From a virus (Duplodnaviria; Caudoviricetes), in IMG/VR virus record IMGVR_UViG_3300044641_006127, positions 1 through 34,110 of that record: a stretch of DNA of 34,110 bases, one strand, 5' to 3'. Positions 17,144 through 26,018 of the stretch are shown here, piece by piece; the first letter of the stretch is position 1; each line of letters begins with the position of its first letter. Below the pieces are notes generated by a model. It worked only from the letters and a program-made list of their open reading frames with translations, had not been told where the DNA came from and made no database searches. The translations under genes were made by a program, and so were the position numbers.

Positions 17144-17911
17144 ATGCCAAGAAGAAAACCAAAAATACCGAATCTTTCAAAAGAGGCAGAGCTTAATCTT
17201 AAAGATAAGCTTGATGGGATTGTTTTAGCAGATGAAATGCTAGCAGGGCTAAGTACACCAGATATCCCGGCAATGAAGCCTCAAAGATTCATAAATGTAG
17301 ATAGTGTAAAGAATGAAGTTGAAACAGAAGCTAGAGCTATATTAGATTCATTATCTAGGTTCTATGCAGATTTAGAAGATATTCCAGAAGACAGCTACTT
17401 AAAACACAAGCAGAAAATAGATGCTCTTAATATATCAACTATGGCATTTCAGATAAGAACTGCACAACATGCTATATCAAAGCTTGTAGAGGAAATAGAT
17501 TCAGGAAGAATGGAGCCTAGACTTTTTGAGGTTCTAGCCCAACTTCAGAATCAGATCATGCAAATGCCTAAAAATTTTTCTAACTATATGTCGCAGATGG
17601 AGAAAAATTATAAACAACTTAAAAATGAATCAGAAGAGATTAAAAGAGGCGGTAACATTCAATTAGATGAATACGGTAATGTTATACAAACCGATGAAAA
17701 TATGGATCTTTTAAAAGTGAGAGGTACAAAAAGTCTTATGGAGAATTTACAATCTGTAATAAAATCAGGAAACCTTATTAAAGATGCTGTAATAGTACCA
17801 CACAATGATGATTTAATAAATCCAAGAACAAAATTTGGAAAGGGATCAGGAGATTCTTTAGGAGGAGACGATGACATCGACTTTGAAATAGAAGACGACA
17901 TCTTCGAATAA
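17144..17911 (+). CDS. Terminase small subunit (gp16-like)
   Basis: EPRLFEVLAQL matches the gp16 PR..EV...L motif; immediately upstream of the large subunit. Confidence 0.65.
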   Translation: MPRRKPKIPNLSKEAELNLKDKLDGIVLADEMLAGLSTPDIPAMKPQRFINVDSVKNEVETEARAILDSLSRFYADLEDIPEDSYLKHKQKIDALNISTMAFQIRTAQHAISKLVEEIDSGRMEPRLFEVLAQLQNQIMQMPKNFSNYMSQMEKNYKQLKNESEEIKRGGNIQLDEYGNVIQTDENMDLLKVRGTKSLMENLQSVIKSGNLIKDAVIVPHNDDLINPRTKFGKGSGDSLGGDDDIDFEIEDDIFE

Positions 17912-17921
17912 TTAATAAATT

Positions 17922-19727
17922 ATGGCAATTAAAGAAGATAAAATAGGTAATTTCTGGTCGTCAGCAAAAGTTGAACAATTAGTTTATAATGCTGAGGAGA
18001 ATGGTATAGATTACAAAGATGTTGATAATCCCTTTCATGAGAATGATCCGGAATTAAGAAAAGGACAAATTCTATTCGAATACACAGAATGGGAATTAGA
18101 AGAGATGAAAAAATGTGCCGAAGACGTGGTATATTTTGCAGACAAATACTGTAAAGTAATGACGGATGATGGTATACAAAAAATTAATCTTAGAGACTAT
18201 CAAGTACAAATACTAAATCAATACCAAACACACAGAAAAAATATCTTCGTTTCACCAAGACAATCAGGAAAAACTATAACATCATCAATATTTCTTTTAT
18301 GGTATTTACTTTTTAATTTTGAAAAAAATGCCATGATTATGGCAAATATTGGGGATACTGCTGCGGAATTAATGGATAAGATTAAAGTTATTATGAAGGG
18401 ACTTCCTTTCTTCTTAAAGCCAGGTCTAATTGTTTATAATGTGATGACCATGAAGTTTGATAACGGATGCAGAATAATGGCTAAGACGACAACTAAAACA
18501 TCGTCTATCGGTTATACAATTCATATGTTATACATGGATGAGTTTGCTCACATTAATCCTAACTTCATTAACCAATTCTTTAAATCTGTTTATCCTACGA
18601 TATCATCTTCGCAAATTGCCAGGGTTATTATAACTTCCACACCTAACGGAATGAATAAATTCTGGGAACTTTATAAAGGAGCAATAGAAGGTGAAAATGA
18701 ATTCAACCCAATTCGAGTAGAATGGTGGCAAATACCTAATAGAGATGAAGAATGGAAGAGAAAAGAAATTGCTGCATTAGGATCTGAAGAAGATTTTAAT
18801 CAAGAATACGGATGTCAATTTCTTTCATCATCAAGGCTTTTATTAGATTCTTACACATTAAAAAGATTAAAAAATAGCGAAGAGCAATTTATTTTTCATG
18901 AACTCTCACCATTTGAAAATAGCCCTATAGATTATTCTAACCTTATATGGCATCCTAAATTTGATCCCACATCAATTTTTGAAAAAGATGGACAAAAATT
19001 CTATGTTTCAATAGATACGGCAAGTGGAGGGGGAGGAGATTATTCTGTAGCAAATATATTTAAAGTTGCTCCTATGCCTGCTAATGTCATTAAGAATAAA
19101 AAATTCTTTGAATATGAAAGTGATTTTTTTTGTCTTTTACAAGTTGGTATTTTCAGATCAAATATAGTGGAAATAGACGAATTTAAGATTTTATTAGAAA
19201 TATTAATAAGTGGTGTATTGGGTGTTGATAACACAAGGATAGTTCTTGAGCTTAATTATAAAGGGGAGATTCTAATGGATAAACTTTTAGATTGTGAAGA
19301 ATTCTTTGATGAAATGTTTGTTTATACAAAACATTCAGAAGCTTCTAATAGATTAAAGCCAGGAATTAAACTAACAGTTAAGAACAAAGAAAAATTCTGC
19401 TATGATTTAAAGATAAACACCAGATCATCTAAAATAATTCCCTGTAATAAAAATGGAATTCATGAATTAGCCAATTTTGGAATAAATCCTAATGGAAGTT
19501 TTTCTAGTCAAATTGGAAAAGATGACGAGGCAATGACATTGGTAAATATAAACTGTGTATTTGATACAGGGGATTTCCAAGAGACAGTTTCAGATCTGTA
19601 TGATATAATACCAGAAAAATTCAGAAAACTTATAGAAGAAAGGTTATTAGAAAATATAGAAACCAATCAAAATAAGACTAATGACATCTCGAGTTATACT
19701 TTCTTAAACGGACTCCTTGATTATTAG
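17922..19727 (+). CDS. terL: Terminase large subunit (T4 gp17-like)
   Basis: LRDYQ, Walker A SPRQSGKT, Walker B YMDEFAH, STPNG, FNQEY, nuclease IDTASG.GGDYS and DD..M. Confidence 0.95.
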   Translation: MAIKEDKIGNFWSSAKVEQLVYNAEENGIDYKDVDNPFHENDPELRKGQILFEYTEWELEEMKKCAEDVVYFADKYCKVMTDDGIQKINLRDYQVQILNQYQTHRKNIFVSPRQSGKTITSSIFLLWYLLFNFEKNAMIMANIGDTAAELMDKIKVIMKGLPFFLKPGLIVYNVMTMKFDNGCRIMAKTTTKTSSIGYTIHMLYMDEFAHINPNFINQFFKSVYPTISSSQIARVIITSTPNGMNKFWELYKGAIEGENEFNPIRVEWWQIPNRDEEWKRKEIAALGSEEDFNQEYGCQFLSSSRLLLDSYTLKRLKNSEEQFIFHELSPFENSPIDYSNLIWHPKFDPTSIFEKDGQKFYVSIDTASGGGGDYSVANIFKVAPMPANVIKNKKFFEYESDFFCLLQVGIFRSNIVEIDEFKILLEILISGVLGVDNTRIVLELNYKGEILMDKLLDCEEFFDEMFVYTKHSEASNRLKPGIKLTVKNKEKFCYDLKINTRSSKIIPCNKNGIHELANFGINPNGSFSSQIGKDDEAMTLVNINCVFDTGDFQETVSDLYDIIPEKFRKLIEERLLENIETNQNKTNDISSYTFLNGLLDY

Positions 19728-19736
19728 AAGACTGAT

Positions 19737-19787
19737 GATATATACATAGAAAAAGAAGTCTAAAGCAGTTGATTTCTTAGATATATA
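19737..19787 (+). promoter_or_regulatory. Tandem late promoters (two GATATATA boxes) ahead of the sheath gene
   Basis: GATATATA at 19737-19744 and 19780-19787. Confidence 0.65.
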
Positions 19788-19807
19788 TATAAAAATTAAA
19801 ATTAAAG

Positions 19808-22800
19808 ATGGCCAAACAAATTAAACTTGACTTATCCCAATTCAAAGCATCTGGCGTTTACACGTTAGAATTTGATGCTTCCGAAAATATTATCATTAAT
19901 CCTCAGACAATTCGATTAGTGATAGGTTACTCTAATATTGGACCTTTTAATACGCCAGTATATTGTCCAGATATTACAACTTTTCAGTCAATATTCGGAA
20001 GCACTGATAAAGCTTTAGAGAAAAAGGGATCATTTTTTCATAGATCTGTTTTAACATGTATAGGAAGTGGGCCAGTATTTGCTTTAAATCTAAGATCTCT
20101 TAATAATACTGTAGATACTAACGGAGATCCAGATTACGCTGCTGGTGCTGACATTGCTAGATATCGTGCTTTCTCTATGGATTCAGAAGAGCAAAATGGT
20201 GCTAACGCAACAGGAGCATATTCAGATCCTTTGACAAATCAAGATAAATTAGTTTCTTCTTATTATAACAAAGAGAAATTCTGGTTCCCTGACACTAATT
20301 ATTTCTTAGCAACTGAAGATTCTGCTGGTGCACAACCAGATTCAAGAAAGTTATTCAGTCTTGTTAACTTAGGGCAAAATCCAGTAAGTATTATCGTAAG
20401 AAAATCTTTAGATTCTACATTCCCTTTAAGAGGATTTGATATTACTGCTAAAGAATATTTTGGATCTGATAATGTTCCTTCATATATGAATCAATATGAT
20501 TATCTTTCAGATTGGTTTATTGATGTTATTGTACTTAGCGGAAATTGGACAGATTATCAATCATTATCTAATGATCCTATTTACAGTACATATTTCACAT
20601 CTAAAGGATTTATTAAATCAAGAATTGATAATTTCTTATCACAAAATGGAGTTAATACATTATTAACTGTTACGGGTACTGTTATTCCTAACTTTACTGA
20701 TCAAAATGGTACTCTTAGATACATTCAGACGTTAATCAACAACCAAACACCAAGTACTGGTATATTCTGTGCAGTTAACGAAGAAGCTTTAGATGATTTA
20801 TTAGTAAACTCTTCAGTCTTTGATCTAGTTGGACATCACTTAGTTGATGAGATTGGCTCACCTGCTGATGCTGATATCACAACATTTCCTAGGAACTTAA
20901 ACTTCTTATCTTATAGCCAAAATCTATTTGCAGATTACACTTACGATAAAAACGTAGGTGGTTCTACTGGAGGTACAGAAATTGCTGATACGGGGGTTTC
21001 ACCTTCTACTGGATTTGATATCCTACCAGAAACTGGTACAATGTTAGAAGATACTAACTACAATGCTACAGGAGACGCTGGTATACCTTTTACTGAATTT
21101 GATACATATTCTCCAACTGCAAGAGATGGAGGATCTATTTATTTAGATACATTATTTGTAAATTCAACTCTACACGACACTCAGATTGAAACTCTAGTGG
21201 ATTTCTTAGATACTACTCCTGATACTCCTGCAGATAGATGGGTATTAGGTAAAGTTACATCTAATTTACCAACAGCAGGATATTTAGGATTCTATGTTGG
21301 GGATTTAGTTAAAATGAGAGTAGCTGAAGCTAAATTCATTACTAACGATACATTACCTGTAGGTGAAAGACAACAGTTAAGAATTAGAATGAATCATCCA
21401 TTAGTTGGTTCTACTGCTTCTACAACTTATGTTGAGCCTTGGTACGAAACTAACAAAAGTGTTGCTGATGCTTACCAAATCGGTACTCCTGATTACTTTG
21501 ATAATGATGATGTTTTCTTCTCTCCAGATATCCCAGTAGGTGCAGATAGCTATTTAGCTTACGAAAACTCGCCTATGTACAGAGACTGGGCTAAAGGAAA
21601 TATTGGTGATGGAGATCAAGATTGGAAGGATGATACAGGTTCATTAGTTCAATATTTAAAATTCGAATCAAACGTAGACCGAGACGGATTTAGCATCTTA
21701 GTATGTAGAGCGTTTTCTGATGATACACTTACAACTCCAGAAGCAATTGAAGGATTTGGGGATACTTTCATCAGTTCTTTACCTACTGGAGCTAATGCAG
21801 CTGGAACTTACCAATTTAATATCGTTTCAACCGCAGGTAACATTAGTGATTATATAGATATTATTACTCAATTACAGCCTAACGTTATTGAATTAACTAC
21901 AACAGTTGCTGATTCTTCGGGAATTAAGGTAGGAGATCTATTAGTTTCTACTGATACTCAAATTTATGATAATCCATTAACTGAAAATCTTCAGTCAAGA
22001 TTAACTAGAGTACTTGAGGTTAAAACAGTAGCTCCTCCTTCTTCTCCAGGAATTTACACAGTACAGGTTAAAACTGAAAGACCAATCAAATTGTATCCAG
22101 GTACAACAACAAGAGTTTGGAAATTTAAAAATATCCAAGAATTTGTTACATCTTTCAATTTCACTTATTTACCAGGAGCTCAGATTAAAGCTGCTTCTGT
22201 ACCAAATGGAACAGATCAAAGAATGAATGATATCTTGGATGTACTTTCTAATACAAACTTAGCAAGAACATTAGCTGATACTGATGTAATTACATTCAGA
22301 TACATCGTAGATACATTCGATGGTGGTATTCAGCCAAACTGTAAATTCCAACTTACTAGACTTGCTAAAAACAGACAAAAATGTTTAGCAATTTGTAATG
22401 TACCTTCAATGAAGAAATTTGCAGATTCTATTGATCCTAGATTTACTTCAGCACCTACTGCAACTGATCCAGCTCCAATTTTACAAGCTAGATATATTGC
22501 AGATGGAGGTAACTTAAGTTTGAATCCTTCATTTACTTTCTCTTTACCTGATGAAGATTTAGGAGCAAAATTCTCAGGATTCTTTGCACCATTCTTAACA
22601 ATCAGAGAAAATGGTAAGAACTTAGACGTTCCTCCATCAGCATATGTTTCTAATAACTTTATTCGTAAATTTATTACAGGGGAACCTTATTCAATAGTAG
22701 CTGGTCTTAAAAGGGGTATTATTTCAGCTGGTAACTTAGTTGGCCTAGAATACGATTTTGATATCGAAGACAGAGAATTTTTGGAGCCATTTGGTATTAA

Positions 22801-23215
22801 TCCTATCATTAGAAAAAGAGGTATTGGTATTGTTATCTACGGTAACCAAACAAGCTACCAAAGAACTAACTCAGCATTTAATAACCTACACGTTAGAGAC
22901 TTATTAATTACAGTTGAATCCGCAATAGAAGAAATACTTAACAACTTTGTGTTTGATTTTAATGAAGACAATGTAAGACTTGAAATTAAAACATTAGTAG
23001 ACAATTACTTAACTGGGGTAAGATCCGTTGGAGGTATTTATAACTATTTAACTATTATGGACTCTTCTAATAATACACCTGCAATTATTGATCAAAATAT
23101 TGGTATTATTGATGTAATTATTGAACCTGCAAGAGGTATCCACAAGTTTATTAATAGAATGACAGTTACAAGAACAGGCGGTATTGCTTCTGGTGGATTT
23201 GCACAATTTAGCTAA
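19808..23215 (+). CDS. Contractile tail sheath protein (gp18-like), 1135 aa
   Basis: SGVYTLE.D.S, GPFNTPV, IFG; C-terminal VPPS, AG..RG, INPI, YGNQT, LHVRDLL, FDFN, EPAR. Confidence 0.93.
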   Translation: MAKQIKLDLSQFKASGVYTLEFDASENIIINPQTIRLVIGYSNIGPFNTPVYCPDITTFQSIFGSTDKALEKKGSFFHRSVLTCIGSGPVFALNLRSLNNTVDTNGDPDYAAGADIARYRAFSMDSEEQNGANATGAYSDPLTNQDKLVSSYYNKEKFWFPDTNYFLATEDSAGAQPDSRKLFSLVNLGQNPVSIIVRKSLDSTFPLRGFDITAKEYFGSDNVPSYMNQYDYLSDWFIDVIVLSGNWTDYQSLSNDPIYSTYFTSKGFIKSRIDNFLSQNGVNTLLTVTGTVIPNFTDQNGTLRYIQTLINNQTPSTGIFCAVNEEALDDLLVNSSVFDLVGHHLVDEIGSPADADITTFPRNLNFLSYSQNLFADYTYDKNVGGSTGGTEIADTGVSPSTGFDILPETGTMLEDTNYNATGDAGIPFTEFDTYSPTARDGGSIYLDTLFVNSTLHDTQIETLVDFLDTTPDTPADRWVLGKVTSNLPTAGYLGFYVGDLVKMRVAEAKFITNDTLPVGERQQLRIRMNHPLVGSTASTTYVEPWYETNKSVADAYQIGTPDYFDNDDVFFSPDIPVGADSYLAYENSPMYRDWAKGNIGDGDQDWKDDTGSLVQYLKFESNVDRDGFSILVCRAFSDDTLTTPEAIEGFGDTFISSLPTGANAAGTYQFNIVSTAGNISDYIDIITQLQPNVIELTTTVADSSGIKVGDLLVSTDTQIYDNPLTENLQSRLTRVLEVKTVAPPSSPGIYTVQVKTERPIKLYPGTTTRVWKFKNIQEFVTSFNFTYLPGAQIKAASVPNGTDQRMNDILDVLSNTNLARTLADTDVITFRYIVDTFDGGIQPNCKFQLTRLAKNRQKCLAICNVPSMKKFADSIDPRFTSAPTATDPAPILQARYIADGGNLSLNPSFTFSLPDEDLGAKFSGFFAPFLTIRENGKNLDVPPSAYVSNNFIRKFITGEPYSIVAGLKRGIISAGNLVGLEYDFDIEDREFLEPFGINPIIRKRGIGIVIYGNQTSYQRTNSAFNNLHVRDLLITVESAIEEILNNFVFDFNEDNVRLEIKTLVDNYLTGVRSVGGIYNYLTIMDSSNNTPAIIDQNIGIIDVIIEPARGIHKFINRMTVTRTGGIASGGFAQFS

Positions 23216-23260
23216 TAAATTTGTTAATAAATAAGATAGAAAAATATATAAAATAAAAAC

Positions 23261-23833
23261 ATGGCAGGATTACCACATTATACAAGTTCAAAAGCTTCAG
23301 TTAATAAATTTGAACCAGTTTTTCTTAATCAGTTTGAGGTGACTATTTCACCACCTGCTGGAGTGATATCAGTTCAAGGAAATCCTGGTAGCGGAAACAT
23401 CCTTTTAGAGCAAGTGACCAACATTTCGGGTTTGCAAGTGGATCAAAATGCTGGTGAGATCACTCAACAGTACAAATTTGCTAAAAGATACTATTCAGGA
23501 GCAGCTCCACAAAGAACAGGATTAGATGTTTCAATATCATTTGAAGTTAACCTTGATGATAATAATTCCATGTATGTTTTCAAAATACTTCGTCAATGGT
23601 CAGATTTAATTTATAATCCTATTACAGGAGCAATGGGACTTAAAAGGGATTATACAGGAAACATTTTAATTAACGTTTTCAATAAACAAGGAGATATTTT
23701 TAGAAAAATTAATCTTAGAGATTGTTTTCTTATGTCACCTATAACAGATATGGCATTAAACTATACCCAAGCATCTATTTATAAAATTGATGTACAATGG
23801 GCAGTAGATTATTTCGAAGACATATTCATATAA
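23261..23833 (+). CDS. Tail tube protein (gp19-like), copy 1
   Basis: Follows sheath; EPV..NQFEV, W..L.YNP.TG, FNK.G, DYFED. Confidence 0.85.
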   Translation: MAGLPHYTSSKASVNKFEPVFLNQFEVTISPPAGVISVQGNPGSGNILLEQVTNISGLQVDQNAGEITQQYKFAKRYYSGAAPQRTGLDVSISFEVNLDDNNSMYVFKILRQWSDLIYNPITGAMGLKRDYTGNILINVFNKQGDIFRKINLRDCFLMSPITDMALNYTQASIYKIDVQWAVDYFEDIFI

Positions 23834-23845
23834 ATATAAAACAAA

Positions 23846-24424
23846 ATGGCAGGATTACCACATTTTAGCTCATCAAAAGCAGCAGTTCAATTATACGAAC
23901 CAGTATATCTTAATCAATTCGAGGTTATTATTCAGCCTCCTGCGGGTGTATCTACACCACAAGGAAATGGAGGAAGATCTTTATTAGTAGAAAATGTACT
24001 TTCTATTTCGGGTTTATCTGTTGATAAAAACCCAGGAGTAATGGAACAAAGGTATAAATTTTCAAGAAGAAGATATGCAGGTGGAGCAGTTGATGATACT
24101 GGAGTAAAAATTAGAATTGATTTTGAAACTAACTTAGATGATAACAATAGCAACTATGTATTTAAAACTATGCGTGAGTGGTCTGATTTAATATATAATC
24201 CGTTAACAGGTGCTACTGGAATTAAATCAACATATGCAGGAGGAACTTATATACTTATATCAATATTCAATAAAGAAGGAGATGTATTTAGAAGAATAAA
24301 ACTAGTGAATTGCTTTCCTACAGATCAAATAAAATCAATGGATTTGGATTATAGTAACGGAACAACTCCTTATAAAATTGCACTTTCTTTTAGAGCTGAT
24401 TATTTTGAAGATATATTTAACTAA
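23846..24424 (+). CDS. Tail tube protein (gp19-like), copy 2
   Basis: Paralog of copy 1 (MAGLPH..SSKA, NLDDNNS, WSDLIYNP, DYFEDIF). Confidence 0.85.
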   Translation: MAGLPHFSSSKAAVQLYEPVYLNQFEVIIQPPAGVSTPQGNGGRSLLVENVLSISGLSVDKNPGVMEQRYKFSRRRYAGGAVDDTGVKIRIDFETNLDDNNSNYVFKTMREWSDLIYNPLTGATGIKSTYAGGTYILISIFNKEGDVFRRIKLVNCFPTDQIKSMDLDYSNGTTPYKIALSFRADYFEDIFN

Positions 24425-24444
24425 AAAAAATTAAAAGAATATAT

Positions 24445-24478
24445 AAATGGAGACTTTATTAATAGAGTCTCCATTTTT
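24445..24478 (+). terminator. Intrinsic terminator (32-nt inverted repeat with one G-U pair)
   Basis: AAATGGAGACTTTATT/AATAGAGTCTCCATTT followed by T residues, after the tube genes. Confidence 0.75.
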
Positions 24479-24533
24479 ATTTGATATTATTTCTTATGAG
24501 AATGGCAATATTAAAATAATATGGACGACGAGT

Positions 24534-24749
24534 GTGAATCAAAAAAAGAAAAGAAGACTTGCCACAATCTGCTTAATCTTAGCAACATTTTTCAATCCCT
24601 TTGGATTCGATATTCTTTTTGCAACATTAATGAAATGGACAGAATCTTATTGGCATACTGTTGTAATTTTTTATTTCCTTTCGGGGTTATTCTTTGGTCT
24701 TTACTTTTTTTTATCGTCTAATAAGAAACTAAAAAGAAAACAAGAGTAA
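24534..24749 (+). CDS. Small two-TM membrane protein (start uncertain)
   Basis: KKKRR-LATICLILATFFNPFGFD...SYW....FYFLSGLFFGLYFFL-KK; ATG 24447 lies in the terminator stem, GTG 24534 is in frame. Confidence 0.55.
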   Translation: MNQKKKRRLATICLILATFFNPFGFDILFATLMKWTESYWHTVVIFYFLSGLFFGLYFFLSSNKKLKRKQE

Positions 24750-24770
24750 AAGAAATATAAGAAAAAAAAT

Positions 24771-25802
24771 ATGATTGACAATTTTGATGATGAGCTTCTA
24801 AATGAGCTCAACCAAAAAGAAGCTAAATCTAAGTTCGAGTATGATTCTATTCAAAGAATCGAAGAACCTGATCCAGATGTACAAAATGTAAAAATTCCCG
24901 ATTGGATCCCAACCTCTGATAATATAACATCAACAAATTTAGGAAAAGTTAATGTTAACAGAACTCCACTTGGAATGGAGTCTGAATGGAAAAATATACC
25001 ATCGGAAACTTTACCTTCTAAAGGATTTGGATATCCTGACGGATTTGAAATTGCTATTAAAGCAGCTAAGGTTACAGAAATACGTCAATTCTCTACTGTT
25101 GATGAAAGCGATAGATTAGATCTAGACGACAAATTAAACGCTATTATTGAAAAATGTATGAAAATACGATGGAATGGCGGAATATTAGAATCATATGATC
25201 TTTGGTACGAGGACAGATTTTTTATTATTATGTCAATAAGGGATATGACTTTCTTAAAAGGAGAGAATAGAATCTTATTACCTATTACAAAAAACTGTAC
25301 TAAAGAAGATTGTAATATTCCTGATATGATAGAATTAAAATCTAATTTATTAGACAGCTTTGTTATAGAGAATGAGATATTAAAAAGATACAACAAAGAT
25401 TCTTATTCCTTCAAATTTATACCAAAAGACGGAAGCGCAGAAATGGATCTGTATATTCCTACTATAGGGGTAACCACTATATGCAGAAAAATAATTTCAG
25501 AGAAAAAAAGAAGAAATAAAAACTTCGACGAGAGTTTTGCAAAAGTTGCAACTTTCATAATACCAGATTGGAGAGGTCTAGATGAAAGATTATATGATCA
25601 ATATGAGAGACTTTCAATAGAATGGACTCCATTACAATTTTCAATAGCAGATCAGATTAGCGAAAAAATTAATTTTGCAACAAAATCAAGAATTTATACC
25701 AAATGTGAAAGCTGTGATGGGGAGGTCACAGCAGATATTACCTTTCCCGGAGGATACAGATCCCTTTTCATTATTTCAAATATCCTTGAGCAACTATTTT
25801 GA
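24771..25802 (+). CDS. Baseplate hub assembly / tail assembly chaperone (T4 gp26-like)
   Basis: LPSKG..Y, DR.F.....R, PT.G, C-terminal CESC; position after the tube genes. Confidence 0.65.
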   Translation: MIDNFDDELLNELNQKEAKSKFEYDSIQRIEEPDPDVQNVKIPDWIPTSDNITSTNLGKVNVNRTPLGMESEWKNIPSETLPSKGFGYPDGFEIAIKAAKVTEIRQFSTVDESDRLDLDDKLNAIIEKCMKIRWNGGILESYDLWYEDRFFIIMSIRDMTFLKGENRILLPITKNCTKEDCNIPDMIELKSNLLDSFVIENEILKRYNKDSYSFKFIPKDGSAEMDLYIPTIGVTTICRKIISEKKRRNKNFDESFAKVATFIIPDWRGLDERLYDQYERLSIEWTPLQFSIADQISEKINFATKSRIYTKCESCDGEVTADITFPGGYRSLFIISNILEQLF

Positions 25803-25980
25803 TATCAAATTTAGACTTTGGGAAGAATTTAAACTTTCAATAGATAATATAGAATCTCTTCCTTTTTATGAATATCAGTTATATATAGATAAGCTTAACG
25901 AAAAAATAGAAAGAGAGAATAAGAAATCTGAACAAGGTGATTTAGTAGAAGCATTTTCATTTTCAAAGCCAAAAAGTTAA
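25762..25980 (+). CDS. gp51-like small chaperone domain; start unclear, possibly reached by frameshift
   Basis: F.L.....SI..IESLPFYEY..Y...L......E pattern; +1 frame relative to the gp26-like gene; no ATG in the conserved part. Confidence 0.55.
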   Translation, partial: PFSLFQISLSNYFDIKFRLWEEFKLSIDNIESLPFYEYQLYIDKLNEKIERENKKSEQGDLVEAFSFSKPKS

Positions 25981-25994
25981 CTTTTTGGCTTTTT
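25965..25994 (+). terminator. Intrinsic terminator formed by a perfect 28-bp palindrome
   Basis: AAAGCCAAAAAGTTAACTTTTTGGCTTT (25965-25992), spanning the stop codon. Confidence 0.8.
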
Positions 25995-26018
25995 AGGTAT
26001 ATAAAATAAAATAATATT

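Noticed and set aside
7341-19727. Inteins or group I introns in UvsX, helicase or terminase
   Set aside because: Protein lengths are normal and motifs are contiguous, with no splice-junction signatures.
5881-24533. Upstream starts given by the track at 5881, 6979, 14949 and 24447
   Set aside because: These extensions run through promoter or terminator elements; downstream starts at 5962, 7024, 14913 and about 24534 fit better.
19808-25980. eCIS, tailocin or T6SS locus
   Set aside because: Adjacent terminase, neck and T4-like replication genes indicate a true phage.
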